DNA of 64,000 nucleotides from the NCBI GenBank assembly GCA_038203825.1, contig JBBRDO010000006.1, forward strand, positions 3,760 through 67,759, read 5' to 3'. Numbering within the stretch: the first letter of the stretch is position 1; every line of letters starts with the position of its first letter. Below are positions 46,080-54,778 of this stretch, one piece after another. The notes below the pieces were generated by a model that had not been told where the DNA came from, did not search any database, and worked only from the letters and a program-made list of their open reading frames with translations. Source of the DNA: Chloroflexia bacterium (GTDB lineage Bacteria > Chloroflexota > Chloroflexia > QHBQ01 > JADMIH01). The translations under genes and the position numbers were made by a program.

Positions 46080-47120
46080 TCACCCGGTCGCCACATGAAG
46101 CCAGGGCGGGTAATCGGGCAGGGGTGTCGATAGGTCGCGCTCGACGGTCACAAAGCTGTCGCCCGCAACTTTGGAGAAGCCCATCTGGCGAAAGAGCAGG
46201 CGAATGGGTAGGTTCTGCTGGTTTACCCTGTACACCGCCTTTATACCCTTCATGCCCGCGTTGACTGCCTCGGCGAGTATCCAGCGCAGCAGGGCCGCCG
46301 GGATACCCCTCCCCTCCACGCGACACGACAACATAACCAGCTCCACGAGCCACACATCCGCTGGCCAGGGGGGTTGGGTATCCACCAATGCAGCACCGAT
46401 CAGGCCGTAGTCGCCGAATCGGTCGGTCAGGCGCGCTGCCGGCATTAGCCAGCGGGGATCGCGCCAACGCTCGCGCAACTGCTCAAAGGTATAGCTGCGT
46501 CCCGTCGAGTTCAGTTGGTGCGTGCGCTCGGTGAGTTCGTGGATGCGCGGCAGGTCGGCCTCGGTCGCGGGCGCTATGGCTAGACGCATCTCGCACCAGG
46601 CCATGAAGCTCGCCCGGTCGCCTTTGAAAGTCGTCTGGGCACGTCGTCGCTCATCCTCTTGCCTGTACATACGGGCCCGCCGGGCGCTCTCCTGAGTGGA
46701 GCCAGTCGGACTGAAGGCCGGTGTGTCTATAGCTGCGGCAATCTCTTCAGGCGATAATACAAGAACCTCGGGGAGCATATACTGCACTTCGGCGCGCTCA
46801 AAGGGGCTATCATCTACGAACGCCACCGCATCAAGTCCGATGTTCAGATTGTCCGTGATGCGCCGAATCGACATACTCTTGGGTTCCCAACTCACCTGCG
46901 GCGCCACGAATAGGCCCTGTAGCGAGGGATGGGAAAGCAGGCTGTCCAGCGACGATGGATCGTTCCGGCTCGCGACACTGCTCACAATGCCACGCTTCTC
47001 TAGCGCGGCTATTATGCCAAGCATTTCGGGCTTTGGCTCCAGAACCTGCGCATCGGCCGCTTCAGCCGCTACTCCTTGCCAGAGCGTATTATCAAGATCC
47101 CAAACGACGCATTTTATCAT
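46080..47120 (-). CDS. HAD-IIIC/FkbH-like phosphatase domain fused to a GNAT-like domain
   Basis: MIKCVVWDLDNTLWQG (the DxDxT HAD motif), SRND and FVDDSPFER. The C-terminal half has a GNAT-like fold (CRVEGRGIPAALLRWILAEA). The stop TGA is embedded in GTGACC heptads (46063-46085). Confidence 0.75.
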   Translation of the reverse strand: MIKCVVWDLDNTLWQGVAAEAADAQVLEPKPEMLGIIAALEKRGIVSSVASRNDPSSLDSLLSHPSLQGLFVAPQVSWEPKSMSIRRITDNLNIGLDAVAFVDDSPFERAEVQYMLPEVLVLSPEEIAAAIDTPAFSPTGSTQESARRARMYRQEDERRRAQTTFKGDRASFMAWCEMRLAIAPATEADLPRIHELTERTHQLNSTGRSYTFEQLRERWRDPRWLMPAARLTDRFGDYGLIGAALVDTQPPWPADVWLVELVMLSCRVEGRGIPAALLRWILAEAVNAGMKGIKAVYRVNQQNLPIRLLFRQMGFSKVAGDSFVTVERDLSTPLPDYPPWLHVATG

Positions 47121-47144
47121 AGCTGACTAACCGCAGACGAGAGG

Positions 47145-47246
47145 CGAGTCGTAGATCGTAAGTCTCAGATCGTAGATCGTAAGTCATGCGCCACAGGCAA
47201 TTCGCAACATGCGACTTACGATCAGAGACCTACGATCTACGACTCG
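47145..47246. repeat. Long imperfect palindrome built from GTCGTAG/ATCGTAA heptads
   Basis: Left arm cgagtcgtagatcgtaagtctcagatcgtagatcgtaagtcatgcg (47145-47190). Right arm catgcgacttacgatcagagacctacgatctacgactcg (47208-47246). The outer 16 bp are perfect. Confidence 0.8.
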
Positions 47247-47253
47247 TCGGTCC

Positions 47254-47613
47254 CTACAGCCCCGGACCGGAGTCGCTGCCTCGAACGATGCGGCGCACGC
47301 TGGCGAACCGCGGCTTGAGGCCATTGCGAATCACTTCAAGCACCTTGTCCGTGTCCATCGGGCCGCAGGTGAATATATCTATAGCGGCGAAGCCCTCCTC
47401 CACCCAGGTGTGGATGGATATGTGGGACTCCGCCAGCAGGAGGAAACCGGTCACGCCCGGAGGGGTAAACTGGTGAAAATGGGCGTGCAAAATGGTAGCG
47501 CCGCCCGCCTCCGCCGCCCGGCAAAGCAACTCCTCAAGCGGCTCGGCCTGCGCCAGCAGAGCGGTGTCCTCCACCCACACATCATATAGCACGTGTCGAT
47601 TTATTATGTTCAT
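47254..47613 (-). CDS. speH: S-adenosylmethionine decarboxylase proenzyme (pyruvoyl-dependent, SpeH/SpeD class 1)
   Basis: Self-processing and active-site context LLLAESHISIHTWVEEGFAAIDIFTCG. Confidence 0.9.
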   Translation of the reverse strand: MNIINRHVLYDVWVEDTALLAQAEPLEELLCRAAEAGGATILHAHFHQFTPPGVTGFLLLAESHISIHTWVEEGFAAIDIFTCGPMDTDKVLEVIRNGLKPRFASVRRIVRGSDSGPGL

Positions 47614-47655
47614 TTCTATAATGTGTCTTCCCGGTTTGCGGCTCCAGTTACGCCG

Positions 47656-48147
47656 TCACTTCGATGCGCCAGGCGTTTCGATGCGTTTCATGGTTAGATG
47701 CTCGGCCTGGAAACCGAACTTGCGGTAAACGAGGCGCATGGCGGTGTTATCGACGTGCACCTTGCCTGTGATCTCTTTTATGCCCTTTTGCTCCGCATAA
47801 TCAATGCCATGTGCGAAAAGCAGATCGGCCACCGTTGCGCTTTCTGAGTGGTCCGGTCCGTGCGTCGTGGCCAGCGAGCGGAATGTTGCGTAGTGCTCTC
47901 CCGTCAGGAAGTTGGTATTGAGAGCCACCCAGAGCCAGCCCTCGATTTCGCCCGTCGCTTGATTCTCGGCTACAAACATCCCTTCGCGGTCACGCTCCAA
48001 TGCCTTTGCCAGTTTCTTGTGATGAACAGCGGGGTCAACGATGGCGTCATCGGGGAAGCTGATGCGCGCTATCTCGATCTCGAAGTCGACGATCGCGGGC
48101 AAATCGCTCTCTTGTGGTGCGCGAAGTAAATAGTTGTCTGTGGGCAT
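47656..48147 (-). CDS. GNAT-family N-acetyltransferase
   Basis: 163 aa with a typical GNAT layout and a C-terminal ...NTAMRLVYRKFGFQ motif. Confidence 0.8.
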   Translation of the reverse strand: MPTDNYLLRAPQESDLPAIVDFEIEIARISFPDDAIVDPAVHHKKLAKALERDREGMFVAENQATGEIEGWLWVALNTNFLTGEHYATFRSLATTHGPDHSESATVADLLFAHGIDYAEQKGIKEITGKVHVDNTAMRLVYRKFGFQAEHLTMKRIETPGASK

Positions 48148-48201
48148 AATCGGCTGGCGTACTTTGGATTCCCATAGTGGTGGACAATATAAGTATAACC
48201 T

Positions 48202-49473
48202 CTAAGCACGCGGTTCGCTACTACCCCCAATGTGCCTGCGCCTTACCAGCCGGAAGGTGTGCGAGTCGCAACATGGGCAACCCGCCTCTTTCAGGGCTTC
48301 GATGGTCGCAAACCGGCCGCCCGCTTCGCCGCCGACTGTCACTTCAGTCCCACACACAGTACACGCATATGTCCGGAGCATTGGGCGCAACTGCCCCGTG
48401 TATATCGGCCCTGCGTACTCCCCCTTAACTAGTGCAGCAGATTGGGTGCTCGCGCTGAGGACGTAGAGGTCGCTTACTCCGGCAAGCACACCAGCGCCCA
48501 CATACTCGTTGAAGTTGGGCACTAGCCTCTCGATTACCAGTCCCATCTCCGCTATGGCACGCTGCACCGCCACCTGCTCATCGGGCGGACGGTGGCCGAA
48601 ATGCAAGTATATGCGCCCACCGCCAGGCTTGACGGCTTCGACCGCACGAGAGAGGAACAGTTCAAGGCCGGGCAACGTGTAGGGCGGGTCGGTCGATACT
48701 GTGTCGAACGCGCCCAGCAGTTTGGCTGGCAAGGGCATGCGCACATCGTGCTGCACCGTTTCCAGGGCAACGCCTTCCTCAGAAGCTGCCTCCGTCAGGT
48801 GAAGCAGGATACGCTCGTCGGTGTCGAGGGCCACTATGCGACGTGCCAGCTTGCCGGACGGCGACAACGCTTTGCCCGCGAGAGCCAGCGCCAGTGAAAC
48901 CGAGTCGTCGTCGCCCAGTATCAGCACGTCTTTCCCCGCAAGAGCCCCATCCTCGTACATGAGGGCTGCGCGGCGCAAGTTGGTTTCTGGCGTGCAATGG
49001 CTTTGGTCGAGCGCAACGTCAACGCGGGGGTTGCTGCTGAAATGTCGCTGGAGCGCTTCCAGAACAACACGCCAAACGCCGCCAACCGGCGCGACTCCCA
49101 ACCCGCCGCACGTGGGACAAAGCACACTGCCCGAGCCCGATTCACCGGGCGACTGCAAGCCGGACGCGCTATCCGGCAAAGTGGCCCAGCCCCATTCGTC
49201 GCTCATTGCCTGTTCGGCAGAGTTGGTCAGGCGAAGGTACGGTCCCGGATCAAGCACGCCTGCTTTCTCAAGCTCGCGGCGCACTGCTGTAACCACGGGC
49301 AAGGGCAAGCGGACGAGTCGCGCAAGCGCACGCGCCGTCAGGGGCTCTGCACTCGTCAGGTGTTGCGCTCGATAGACAGTACGCAAAACCTCCTCCACAC
49401 CCGCAGCGCCCTCACGCAACTGGGAGCGCTGGGCCACGGAGTTCAGCAGGCTGTCTTTTTCTATGGGCATCAT
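48202..49473 (-). CDS. DUF43/BpsA-like aminopropyltransferase (branched-chain polyamine synthase family) with extra Cys-rich zinc-ribbon segments
   Basis: KDVLILGDDDSVSLALALAG and FDTVSTDPPYTLPG match the DUF43/BpsA signature as I recall it. CPTCGG and CTVCG...CPCC clusters are present. It is adjacent to speH. Confidence 0.7.
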   Translation of the reverse strand: MMPIEKDSLLNSVAQRSQLREGAAGVEEVLRTVYRAQHLTSAEPLTARALARLVRLPLPVVTAVRRELEKAGVLDPGPYLRLTNSAEQAMSDEWGWATLPDSASGLQSPGESGSGSVLCPTCGGLGVAPVGGVWRVVLEALQRHFSSNPRVDVALDQSHCTPETNLRRAALMYEDGALAGKDVLILGDDDSVSLALALAGKALSPSGKLARRIVALDTDERILLHLTEAASEEGVALETVQHDVRMPLPAKLLGAFDTVSTDPPYTLPGLELFLSRAVEAVKPGGGRIYLHFGHRPPDEQVAVQRAIAEMGLVIERLVPNFNEYVGAGVLAGVSDLYVLSASTQSAALVKGEYAGPIYTGQLRPMLRTYACTVCGTEVTVGGEAGGRFATIEALKEAGCPCCDSHTFRLVRRRHIGGSSEPRA

Positions 49474-49482
49474 AACTCTCGA

Positions 49483-49510
49483 AGTCGCTGATCGTAGGTC
49501 ACAGATCGTA
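49483..49510. repeat. Two copies of the 14-bp heptad-pair repeat (agtcgctgatcgta ggtcacagatcgta)
   Basis: Read directly. It lies between the bpsA-like start and the GH13 stop, followed by a GACGGAC-type tract at about 49530-49555. Confidence 0.75.
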
Positions 49511-49594
49511 AGTCGTCACGTATCACGCCATCGTCCGTCGATGAGACGATGTGTGGTATTAATGGTCCGATGGTCTACAGATTACTGTGCGTTC

Positions 49595-51052
49595 TTACTT
49601 CCCTTGCAGGACGATGGACGACCGGGGCAGGATCGCTACTTTGAACGCGCCATTGGTTATCTGATACTCGTGGCCCTTCCACACGTCTTTGAGAACAGTG
49701 CCATCCTGGAACAGTTCCCCGACAGGTATCAGGACCTCTTCCGGCAATTGGCCTTTATTGAAGGCGACCACCACTTTGTCATCAGCCTGATGACGGGCCA
49801 GGGCATAGACGTTGTCGTCGCCGTAAAGGGTCGTGTACTGGCCCGTGCGGAGGGCAGGGTGCTCACTGCGCAGTTTTATAGCGCGCTTGAAGAAGTCGCG
49901 CAACTCGCTGTCCCAGTGCGTTTCGTCCCACAGGAAAGAAGCCCGGGACAGGGGATCTTTGCCGCCCACTATTCCGACTTCGTCGCCATAATAGACGCAG
50001 GGAGCGCCCGGATATACCATCTGGAAAAGGGTGGAGAGGCAGAGTGCGCTTTTATCACCTCCCGCCAGGGTCAGGTAGCGAGCCGTGTCGTGGCTATCAA
50101 GCAGGTTCAACTGAACGGCTGTTACCTCGGGTGGGTAAAGCTGGAGCAGCGCCTCCACCTCTCTGGCGAATACGCCCGCAGGCAACGTCTTAACGGGCCA
50201 CAGGGACGAGCCTTCCAGCAGGCTCGGATCGTCGATCTTCTCTATGAAGAACTCGATACAGAGCTTGGTGAACAGGTAGTTCATTACCGCGTCGAACTGG
50301 TCGCCCTTAAGCCATCGACGGGCGTCATCCCAGATCTCGCCCACGATGTAGGCTTCGGGGTTCGCGCCTTTCACCCGTCGTCTGAACTCCTGCCAGAACG
50401 CATCGTCGTTGATTTCGGCGGGCACGTCCAGACGCCAGCCATCAATGCCGAACTCTATCCAGTGAACCGCCACATCCAGCAGGAACTCGCGAACATCGGG
50501 GGTCGAAATGTTGAACTTCGGGAGCGCGTGCAGGTTCCACCACGCGTCGTAGTTGGGCTCCCTCTGTTCATCATAGGCGTTGAGCGGCCAGCCCTTGATC
50601 CGAAACCAATCGACATAAGGCGAAAAAGTACCGTTCTCAAGGATATCGTTGAACTGGAAGAACCCGCGGCTGGCATGGTTGAACACTCCGTCGAGGATAA
50701 CCCGAATACCCCGCTTATGGGCTTCGTCCAGGAGGGTGCGCAATGCAGCGTTGCCGCCCAGAAGCGGGTCAACGCTGTAGTAGTCGTAAGTGTGGTAGCG
50801 GTGGTTGGCTGTTGACTGGAATACGGGGTTGAAATATATCGCGTTGATGCCCAGGTCAACCAGGTAGTCCAGGTGCTCAACCACGCCGATCAGGTCGCCG
50901 CCTTTGAACCCGTAGGAGGTGGGTGGGCTGTCCCATGTTTCGAGATTGCCTGGCTTGTGCAGGGTTTCGCTCTTGGCGAACCTGTCGGGGAATATCTGAT
51001 AGAAAACTGCGTTTCGTACCCACTCAGGGGTTTGAATCTCTTGTGTCGTCAT
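49595..51052 (-). CDS. GH13 alpha-amylase-family glycoside hydrolase (neopullulanase/alpha-glucosidase-like)
   Basis: FYQIFPDRF, DGVFNH, GWRLDVPAEI, GEIW and LLDSHD are the four conserved GH13 regions. Confidence 0.92.
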   Translation of the reverse strand: MTTQEIQTPEWVRNAVFYQIFPDRFAKSETLHKPGNLETWDSPPTSYGFKGGDLIGVVEHLDYLVDLGINAIYFNPVFQSTANHRYHTYDYYSVDPLLGGNAALRTLLDEAHKRGIRVILDGVFNHASRGFFQFNDILENGTFSPYVDWFRIKGWPLNAYDEQREPNYDAWWNLHALPKFNISTPDVREFLLDVAVHWIEFGIDGWRLDVPAEINDDAFWQEFRRRVKGANPEAYIVGEIWDDARRWLKGDQFDAVMNYLFTKLCIEFFIEKIDDPSLLEGSSLWPVKTLPAGVFAREVEALLQLYPPEVTAVQLNLLDSHDTARYLTLAGGDKSALCLSTLFQMVYPGAPCVYYGDEVGIVGGKDPLSRASFLWDETHWDSELRDFFKRAIKLRSEHPALRTGQYTTLYGDDNVYALARHQADDKVVVAFNKGQLPEEVLIPVGELFQDGTVLKDVWKGHEYQITNGAFKVAILPRSSIVLQGK

Positions 51053-51115
51053 CGATTATTATTGTCGCTCCGTCCTAAATTAATCAGCTCTTTCTGCTGT
51101 CCTTCTCCTATAATT

Positions 51116-51763
51116 TTACCTTAACCGCGCCCGCATTATTTCGACAAGAGTCATTATAGCCGCCACGTTATAGTTATCTTCGTTCCAGGGGATAATTATA
51201 TCAGCATATCGTTTGCTCGGTTCGACAAATGCCAGGTGCATGGGACGCACTGTGCGCTTGTACTGCTCAACTATAGAGTTTACGACTCTGCCCCGCTCGT
51301 CGACGTCCCTCTTGAGCCGCCTGATGAAGCGAATGTCGGCATCAGTGTCCACATATACCTTTATGTCAAGTAGATCTCTCAGCGCGTGCTCGACCAGGAT
51401 CATTATACCTTCGACTATGATCACGGGCCGGGGTTCTACACGAATCGTGTCAGGCTTGCGGGCGTACGTGGCGAAATCGTAATGCGGGCGCTCGATGGCC
51501 CGGCCATTGATCAGCGAGCGAAGATGGGTGATGAGGAGCTCGGTTTCGAGCACGTTCGGGTCGTCCCAGTTTCTGGCGCTCATTTCTTCAATAGAGAGGC
51601 CTGGATATTCCCTGTAGTATTCGTCGTGGGGCAGAAAGGCCACGTTACGAAGGCCCACAGCCTGCGTCAGTTGGGCAACGACAGTGCTCTTGCCCGAACC
51701 ACTGCCACCGCCTATCCCAATCGTGAGTGGCTTGCCGGAAGAATAGAGGCTGTCCCTGTGCAT
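51116..51763 (-). CDS. udk: Uridine kinase
   Basis: P-loop IGIGGGSGSGKSTV plus the uridine-kinase-like body (DDPNV.E..L...L..L..G..I..P.YDF). Confidence 0.88.
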   Translation of the reverse strand: MHRDSLYSSGKPLTIGIGGGSGSGKSTVVAQLTQAVGLRNVAFLPHDEYYREYPGLSIEEMSARNWDDPNVLETELLITHLRSLINGRAIERPHYDFATYARKPDTIRVEPRPVIIVEGIMILVEHALRDLLDIKVYVDTDADIRFIRRLKRDVDERGRVVNSIVEQYKRTVRPMHLAFVEPSKRYADIIIPWNEDNYNVAAIMTLVEIMRARLR

Positions 51764-51767
51764 AACA

Positions 51768-52937
51768 TCAGTCCCGGATGCGGGCAGTGCGTATGGCCCG
51801 GGGCTGTGGAGCGACTACCGGGCTAGCCACGAGACTGTCGTACACCTCCAGCGTGGCGCGAGCGGCGTTCTCCCACGTGAACTGTCTGGCCCGTGCGCGC
51901 CCCTTAGCGCTCAATTCGGCCGCCAGGTCACTGTCTGTGCACACGCTGTAAAGTGCATCGGCTATTTGCGCCGACGACAGTGGATCGACGAGCAGAGCCG
52001 CGCCGTCGGCCACCTCCGCCAAAGCTGACGAGTGAGAGGTTACCACGGGCGCACCGCACGACATCGCCTCAAGGACAGGCAGCCCAAAGCCCTCGTAGAG
52101 AGAGGGAAAGGCCATGACGGACGCGCCGGAATAGAGAGCAGGTAGATCCTCGAAGGGCACGTAACCCGTAAAGAGGACGTCTTTGCTCATGTTGTGCTTT
52201 TCGACTTCGGCGTAAATAGAGGCGCTGTGCCACCCTTGCTGGCCCACCAGCACAAGTCTGTGGGGCAGGCCGTGTTTCTTGAGTATGCGAAACGCGTTGA
52301 TCAGGCGCACCAGATTCTTCCGCGGCTCAATCGTCCCCACATAGAGTATATATGGGCCATCGAGCCCATAATGGGTGCGTACTAAGTTCAGTTGTGCCGT
52401 ATCGGTAATCTCGTGGAAGGCGCTCGAGACGGCGTTCATTATCACGTGGACTTTGCTCGACGGCACACCAAGGTAGCGCACAATGTCGTCCCCGGCGCTG
52501 TGGGATACCGTGACTATGGCCTGGGCACGGCGTGCGACGAGGGGGATGAGAGTGCGGTCGAGAATGAGCTTCTTCCAGTTGTGAAATCGCGGAGTGACAA
52601 ACAGGGTCATGTCGTGCAGCGTGACGACGGACGGGCACTTGCTGGCGACAGGAGCCAGATAGTTCGGATAATGGCACACATCGGGGCGCACGCGCCGCAA
52701 AGTTCCGGGCAACACTCCCTGCATCCAGGCCATCCTTACAGGAAAGTAGCGCCCTTTATAATGAGACAGGCGCCCGGCGGTAGGTGCGTCCCATGCACCG
52801 GCCATGTCGCGGTTGGAGAACAGCACATAGTCGTGCTGCGGGGCGACGCTCATCATGCCCGCGAGCAAGTTCTCGGCGTAATATCCGACACCCGACTTGC
52901 AGCCCTGCAAGGCGGAGGCCTCGTACCCTATCAACAT
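51768..52937 (-). CDS. Glycosyltransferase family 4 (GT-B, Glycos_transf_1)
   Basis: C-terminal EGFGLPVLEAMSCGAPVVTS motif. Confidence 0.9.
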   Translation of the reverse strand: MLIGYEASALQGCKSGVGYYAENLLAGMMSVAPQHDYVLFSNRDMAGAWDAPTAGRLSHYKGRYFPVRMAWMQGVLPGTLRRVRPDVCHYPNYLAPVASKCPSVVTLHDMTLFVTPRFHNWKKLILDRTLIPLVARRAQAIVTVSHSAGDDIVRYLGVPSSKVHVIMNAVSSAFHEITDTAQLNLVRTHYGLDGPYILYVGTIEPRKNLVRLINAFRILKKHGLPHRLVLVGQQGWHSASIYAEVEKHNMSKDVLFTGYVPFEDLPALYSGASVMAFPSLYEGFGLPVLEAMSCGAPVVTSHSSALAEVADGAALLVDPLSSAQIADALYSVCTDSDLAAELSAKGRARARQFTWENAARATLEVYDSLVASPVVAPQPRAIRTARIRD

Positions 52938-52966
52938 CCTATTGCCCCCTCGCCCAGGTCTTCATA

Positions 52967-54778
52967 TTATTGCACATTCTCGGCTTTTAGAGTCACCCAT
53001 CTTCCGCTTACGGAAAGAAGAAACCAGAAGATTACATAGAGGGGCGTGGAGAAAAGGAAGTAGTCGACCACGCCATGAGTAAAGAATGCCGCCAGCGAGG
53101 CGGTAGCGCCCAGACCTAGCAGCCACATTGGGCCGCGCTGCGAAGTCAGTAGTGCGCGGCCCGCCTGCCAGAGGGCCAATGCAGCCAGCCACAGGAATGC
53201 CAATCCTCCCAGAAGGCCCAGGTTGGTAAACATCTCTATGTAGGTGTTGTTCGTATAGATGTTCCTGTTCCATTGCGCTACGCCTGCATATTCGCCGTAC
53301 AGATTGCGGAAGCCGTCGGGCCCCACGCCCGTGATTGGATGAGCCCGGAACATGGCCCAGGCCGCTCGCCAGAGATTAGAACGCTCAACACTGGAGGTAT
53401 CCGAGAGGGATTGCACGTCAACAGGAGGAGGCATAGCAGAAAGGGGCGGCTGCGTGCTTGCGGCGACCGCAGGCGCGCCGATTGTGTAGGATTCTATTGT
53501 AGAGTTTACCCCCTGTTTGCGGTCGAACCAGGTTACTGTCTCATGAACAAGATCCCACTGCAGGCGGTAAGTGCCCGCCTCCGGCGGAGCTTGCACTATT
53601 GCTAATACGGTCAGGGTTTCACCTGGGCCCACGTCATGCGGTAAAAGGGAACGAAGACCCTCAAATACCAGATATACGTTTTCTGTCTGGCTCATCCAGT
53701 GGTAACTAACGCGCACGGGCAACAGACCCGCAGCGGGCCAGACCATCTCGCCGTCATTGCGCACAGTTACAGGCACAGTGACGATTTCGCTGGCGGACAA
53801 CGTGGGCAGAGGCTCAGCCATGATGGTGGCGCGATACCAGGAGAGGTCGTTCTGCGTCAGCAAGCGCAGTCGAAACATTGGCTGGGTGACGAAAACCAGC
53901 AGGCCGCCCAATGCCATGACACACACGGTGATGGCCAACGAGCGCCAGATCACTCTGCGGCTGACCAAAGCGGCCGTGCCGGCTTGCGTGTCGAGCGTTG
54001 CGGGCCGTCTGCGCAAAAGCGAGCCAACCGCGAAGACAGCCAGCGCTACGAACAGACCCACGAGGGCCGCTCGGCTGAGCGTGAGGATAAGAGCCATGAC
54101 GTAGATAACCATGACCAGGCAAAGCCCAACGACAATAGCCCATCGCTTCCGCTCGGAAAGCTGGGATCCGAACAGGGCCGAAATGAGCTGGCGCGCCGAG
54201 AAAAGCATCACGATCGCAATCAATACGGGCAGGGCCATCTCAAAGTACATGGCCGCGCCATTGGCATATTCAAAGCTGCCGCTGAGGCGCAATATGCCTC
54301 CCACTTCGGTCGCGTGAGGCTTGAAGGCACGCAGGAGTGGCTGGATATCCACGGACGGAGCGAACTCGAGGAGGCCAAGCACCGCAGAGACCGCACCGGC
54401 ACCCACAAAAGTCAGCAGGGCACCAACGAAACGCCTGCGCGTGCTCAGGGCTTCCCAGGCAGCGGCATAGAACATTACTCCCATCAGCAGCCTGTAAGTG
54501 AACTGAAGTCCCAGAGAACCATACTCGGCAAACAGGGTGGAGATGACCGAGGAGCCCACCAGCGCGACGATGGGCAAACGCAAAGGAAGGCGCAGCAGCC
54601 TGTGGCGCGCTTCGGGATTGGTGGCGAGCGTAAGCGCAAAGGCAGCCGCCAGCAGGAACAATACGCCTTCCAGGTCGGTGTAAGTCGCCCACAGGAAGCG
54701 CCCCAGAGGAGGGTAACCGGCCTCGAACGGGCTGAAAGCGAGCGCCAGCAACAGCGCTCCATAAAGCACCTTATTCAT
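52967..54778 (-). CDS. O-antigen ligase/polymerase-like (Wzy_C) membrane protein with an inserted Ig-like extracytoplasmic domain
   Basis: About 12 TM helices with a Wzy_C-like loop (LTLSRAALVG). Insert ...VTVPVTVRNDGEMVWP...GTYRLQWDLVHE. The start ATG 54778 overlaps the flippase stop (ATGA at 54778-54775). Confidence 0.75.
   Translation of the reverse strand: MNKVLYGALLLALAFSPFEAGYPPLGRFLWATYTDLEGVLFLLAAAFALTLATNPEARHRLLRLPLRLPIVALVGSSVISTLFAEYGSLGLQFTYRLLMGVMFYAAAWEALSTRRRFVGALLTFVGAGAVSAVLGLLEFAPSVDIQPLLRAFKPHATEVGGILRLSGSFEYANGAAMYFEMALPVLIAIVMLFSARQLISALFGSQLSERKRWAIVVGLCLVMVIYVMALILTLSRAALVGLFVALAVFAVGSLLRRRPATLDTQAGTAALVSRRVIWRSLAITVCVMALGGLLVFVTQPMFRLRLLTQNDLSWYRATIMAEPLPTLSASEIVTVPVTVRNDGEMVWPAAGLLPVRVSYHWMSQTENVYLVFEGLRSLLPHDVGPGETLTVLAIVQAPPEAGTYRLQWDLVHETVTWFDRKQGVNSTIESYTIGAPAVAASTQPPLSAMPPPVDVQSLSDTSSVERSNLWRAAWAMFRAHPITGVGPDGFRNLYGEYAGVAQWNRNIYTNNTYIEMFTNLGLLGGLAFLWLAALALWQAGRALLTSQRGPMWLLGLGATASLAAFFTHGVVDYFLFSTPLYVIFWFLLSVSGRWVTLKAENVQ

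Noticed and set aside
49463-50815. 450-aa plus-strand ORF.
   Set aside because: It is antisense to the GH13 gene, which carries all four conserved GH13 regions. It has no motifs or RBS, so it is a shadow ORF.
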